Part shown: in pieces, positions 31,684 to 32,000 of the stretch | How the letters are laid out: the number at the start of each line of letters is the position of its first letter | Numbering within the stretch: position 1 is the first letter of the stretch | Source of the DNA: Corynebacterium glutamicum ATCC 13032 | GTDB lineage: Bacteria; Actinomycetota; Actinomycetes; Mycobacteriales; Mycobacteriaceae | Assembly: GCF_000011325.1 (NCBI RefSeq) | Contig: NC_003450.3 | Coordinates: 150,001-182,000, forward strand | Direction of reading: 5' to 3' | Length of the DNA: 32,000 bases | Position numbers and translations under genes: made by a program | The notes under the pieces: model-generated | What the model was told of the DNA's origin: nothing | Databases searched by the model: none | The model's input: the letters and a program-made list of their open reading frames with translations, nothing else

Positions 31684-32000
31684 CTATCCACGTGGCGCGC
31701 ACGTGCCCCGTTCAATCAGCGAGGGCTGCAACGTATGCATGATCTCCGGGTGGGGTGCCTCGGGATCAAGCATGCTCAGCAACAAGAGAGCGGCGTTGTA
31801 GCCGACGCCGATGCTGTTGTCGTCGATGGTGGTGAGGTTGATCAGTCGGGTTTGGGCGAGGGGAGTGTTGTCATATCCGATTATTGATAGATCTTCAGGT
31901 ACGCGTAAACCTAGTTCACGGGCGGCACCGAGTGCTCCGATGGCGGTGATGTCGTTTGAGGAGAAAATGGCGGTGACCTCCGGGTGCTCTTTGAGTAGTG
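31684..32000 (-). CDS. LacI-family transcriptional regulator, C-terminal part only (N-terminus beyond the window)
   Basis: My manual minus-strand translation gives LLKEHPEVTAIFSSNDITAIGALGAARELGLRVPEDLSIIGYDNTPLAQTRLINLTTIDD...ERGTCAPRG, then a stop at 31684-31686. This is the classic LacI/PurR periplasmic-binding-fold C-terminal signature. Confidence 0.75.
   Translation of the reverse strand, partial: LLKEHPEVTAIFSSNDITAIGALGAARELGLRVPEDLSIIGYDNTPLAQTRLINLTTIDDNSIGVGYNAALLLLSMLDPEAPHPEIMHTLQPSLIERGTCAPRG

Noticed and set aside
1-32000. Searched for CRISPR arrays, tRNA/rRNA genes, IS elements, integrases and prophage genes
   Set aside because: I saw no regularly spaced repeat array, no cloverleaf-like or rRNA-like conserved stretches, and no transposase, integrase or recombinase-like ORF. 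The only repeats found are the short intergenic motifs reported above.

Overview
The window looks like an ordinary high-GC actinobacterial chromosome. Gene content and order match what I remember of the Corynebacterium glutamicum region around pepO and myo-inositol catabolism cluster I. No database search was possible, so the organism assignment comes from memory of gene order and protein motifs. CDS coordinates include the stop codon. Several track ORFs were trimmed to downstream starts that have a Shine-Dalgarno (SD) sequence. Left third (1-6.8 kb): a partial AbrB-duplication membrane protein, a small secreted protein, a TauE/SafE-type permease, an acidic hypothetical, an HrpB-type DEAH helicase, a small membrane ORF in an AT-richer patch, and a Maa-type acetyltransferase. 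Middle (6.8-17.4 kb): a tightly packed same-strand block alkB-tag-lysE-like-S4-VOC-ATL, which holds three alkylation-damage functions. It is followed by a secreted SxxK hydrolase-like protein, an alpha/beta hydrolase, RidA, a conserved unknown, the M13 peptidase PepO, and a translationally coupled membrane protein plus PrsW-like protease pair. Right half (17.8-30.7 kb): divergent iolR and the operon iolC-iolJ-like-iolA-iolB-iolD-iolE-iolG-iolH, then an MFS permease and a Gfo/Idh/MocA oxidoreductase. After that come a two-gene toxin-antitoxin-like module (30.8-31.65 kb) and the 3' end of a convergent LacI-family regulator. I saw no rRNA, tRNA, CRISPR array, transposase or integrase. The items most worth a second look are these: (1) the long Phd/YefM-like plus RelE/ParE-like pair wedged into the inositol cluster, with direct repeats in its promoter; (2) the alkylation-repair block, including a Cys-to-Trp alkyltransferase-like protein; (3) the architecture of the 442-nt iolR-iolC control region, with three decamers fitting the remembered IolR motif and two terminator-like hairpins; (4) two unusually long (~400 nt) repeat-rich convergent intergenic regions that share a 25-nt motif.
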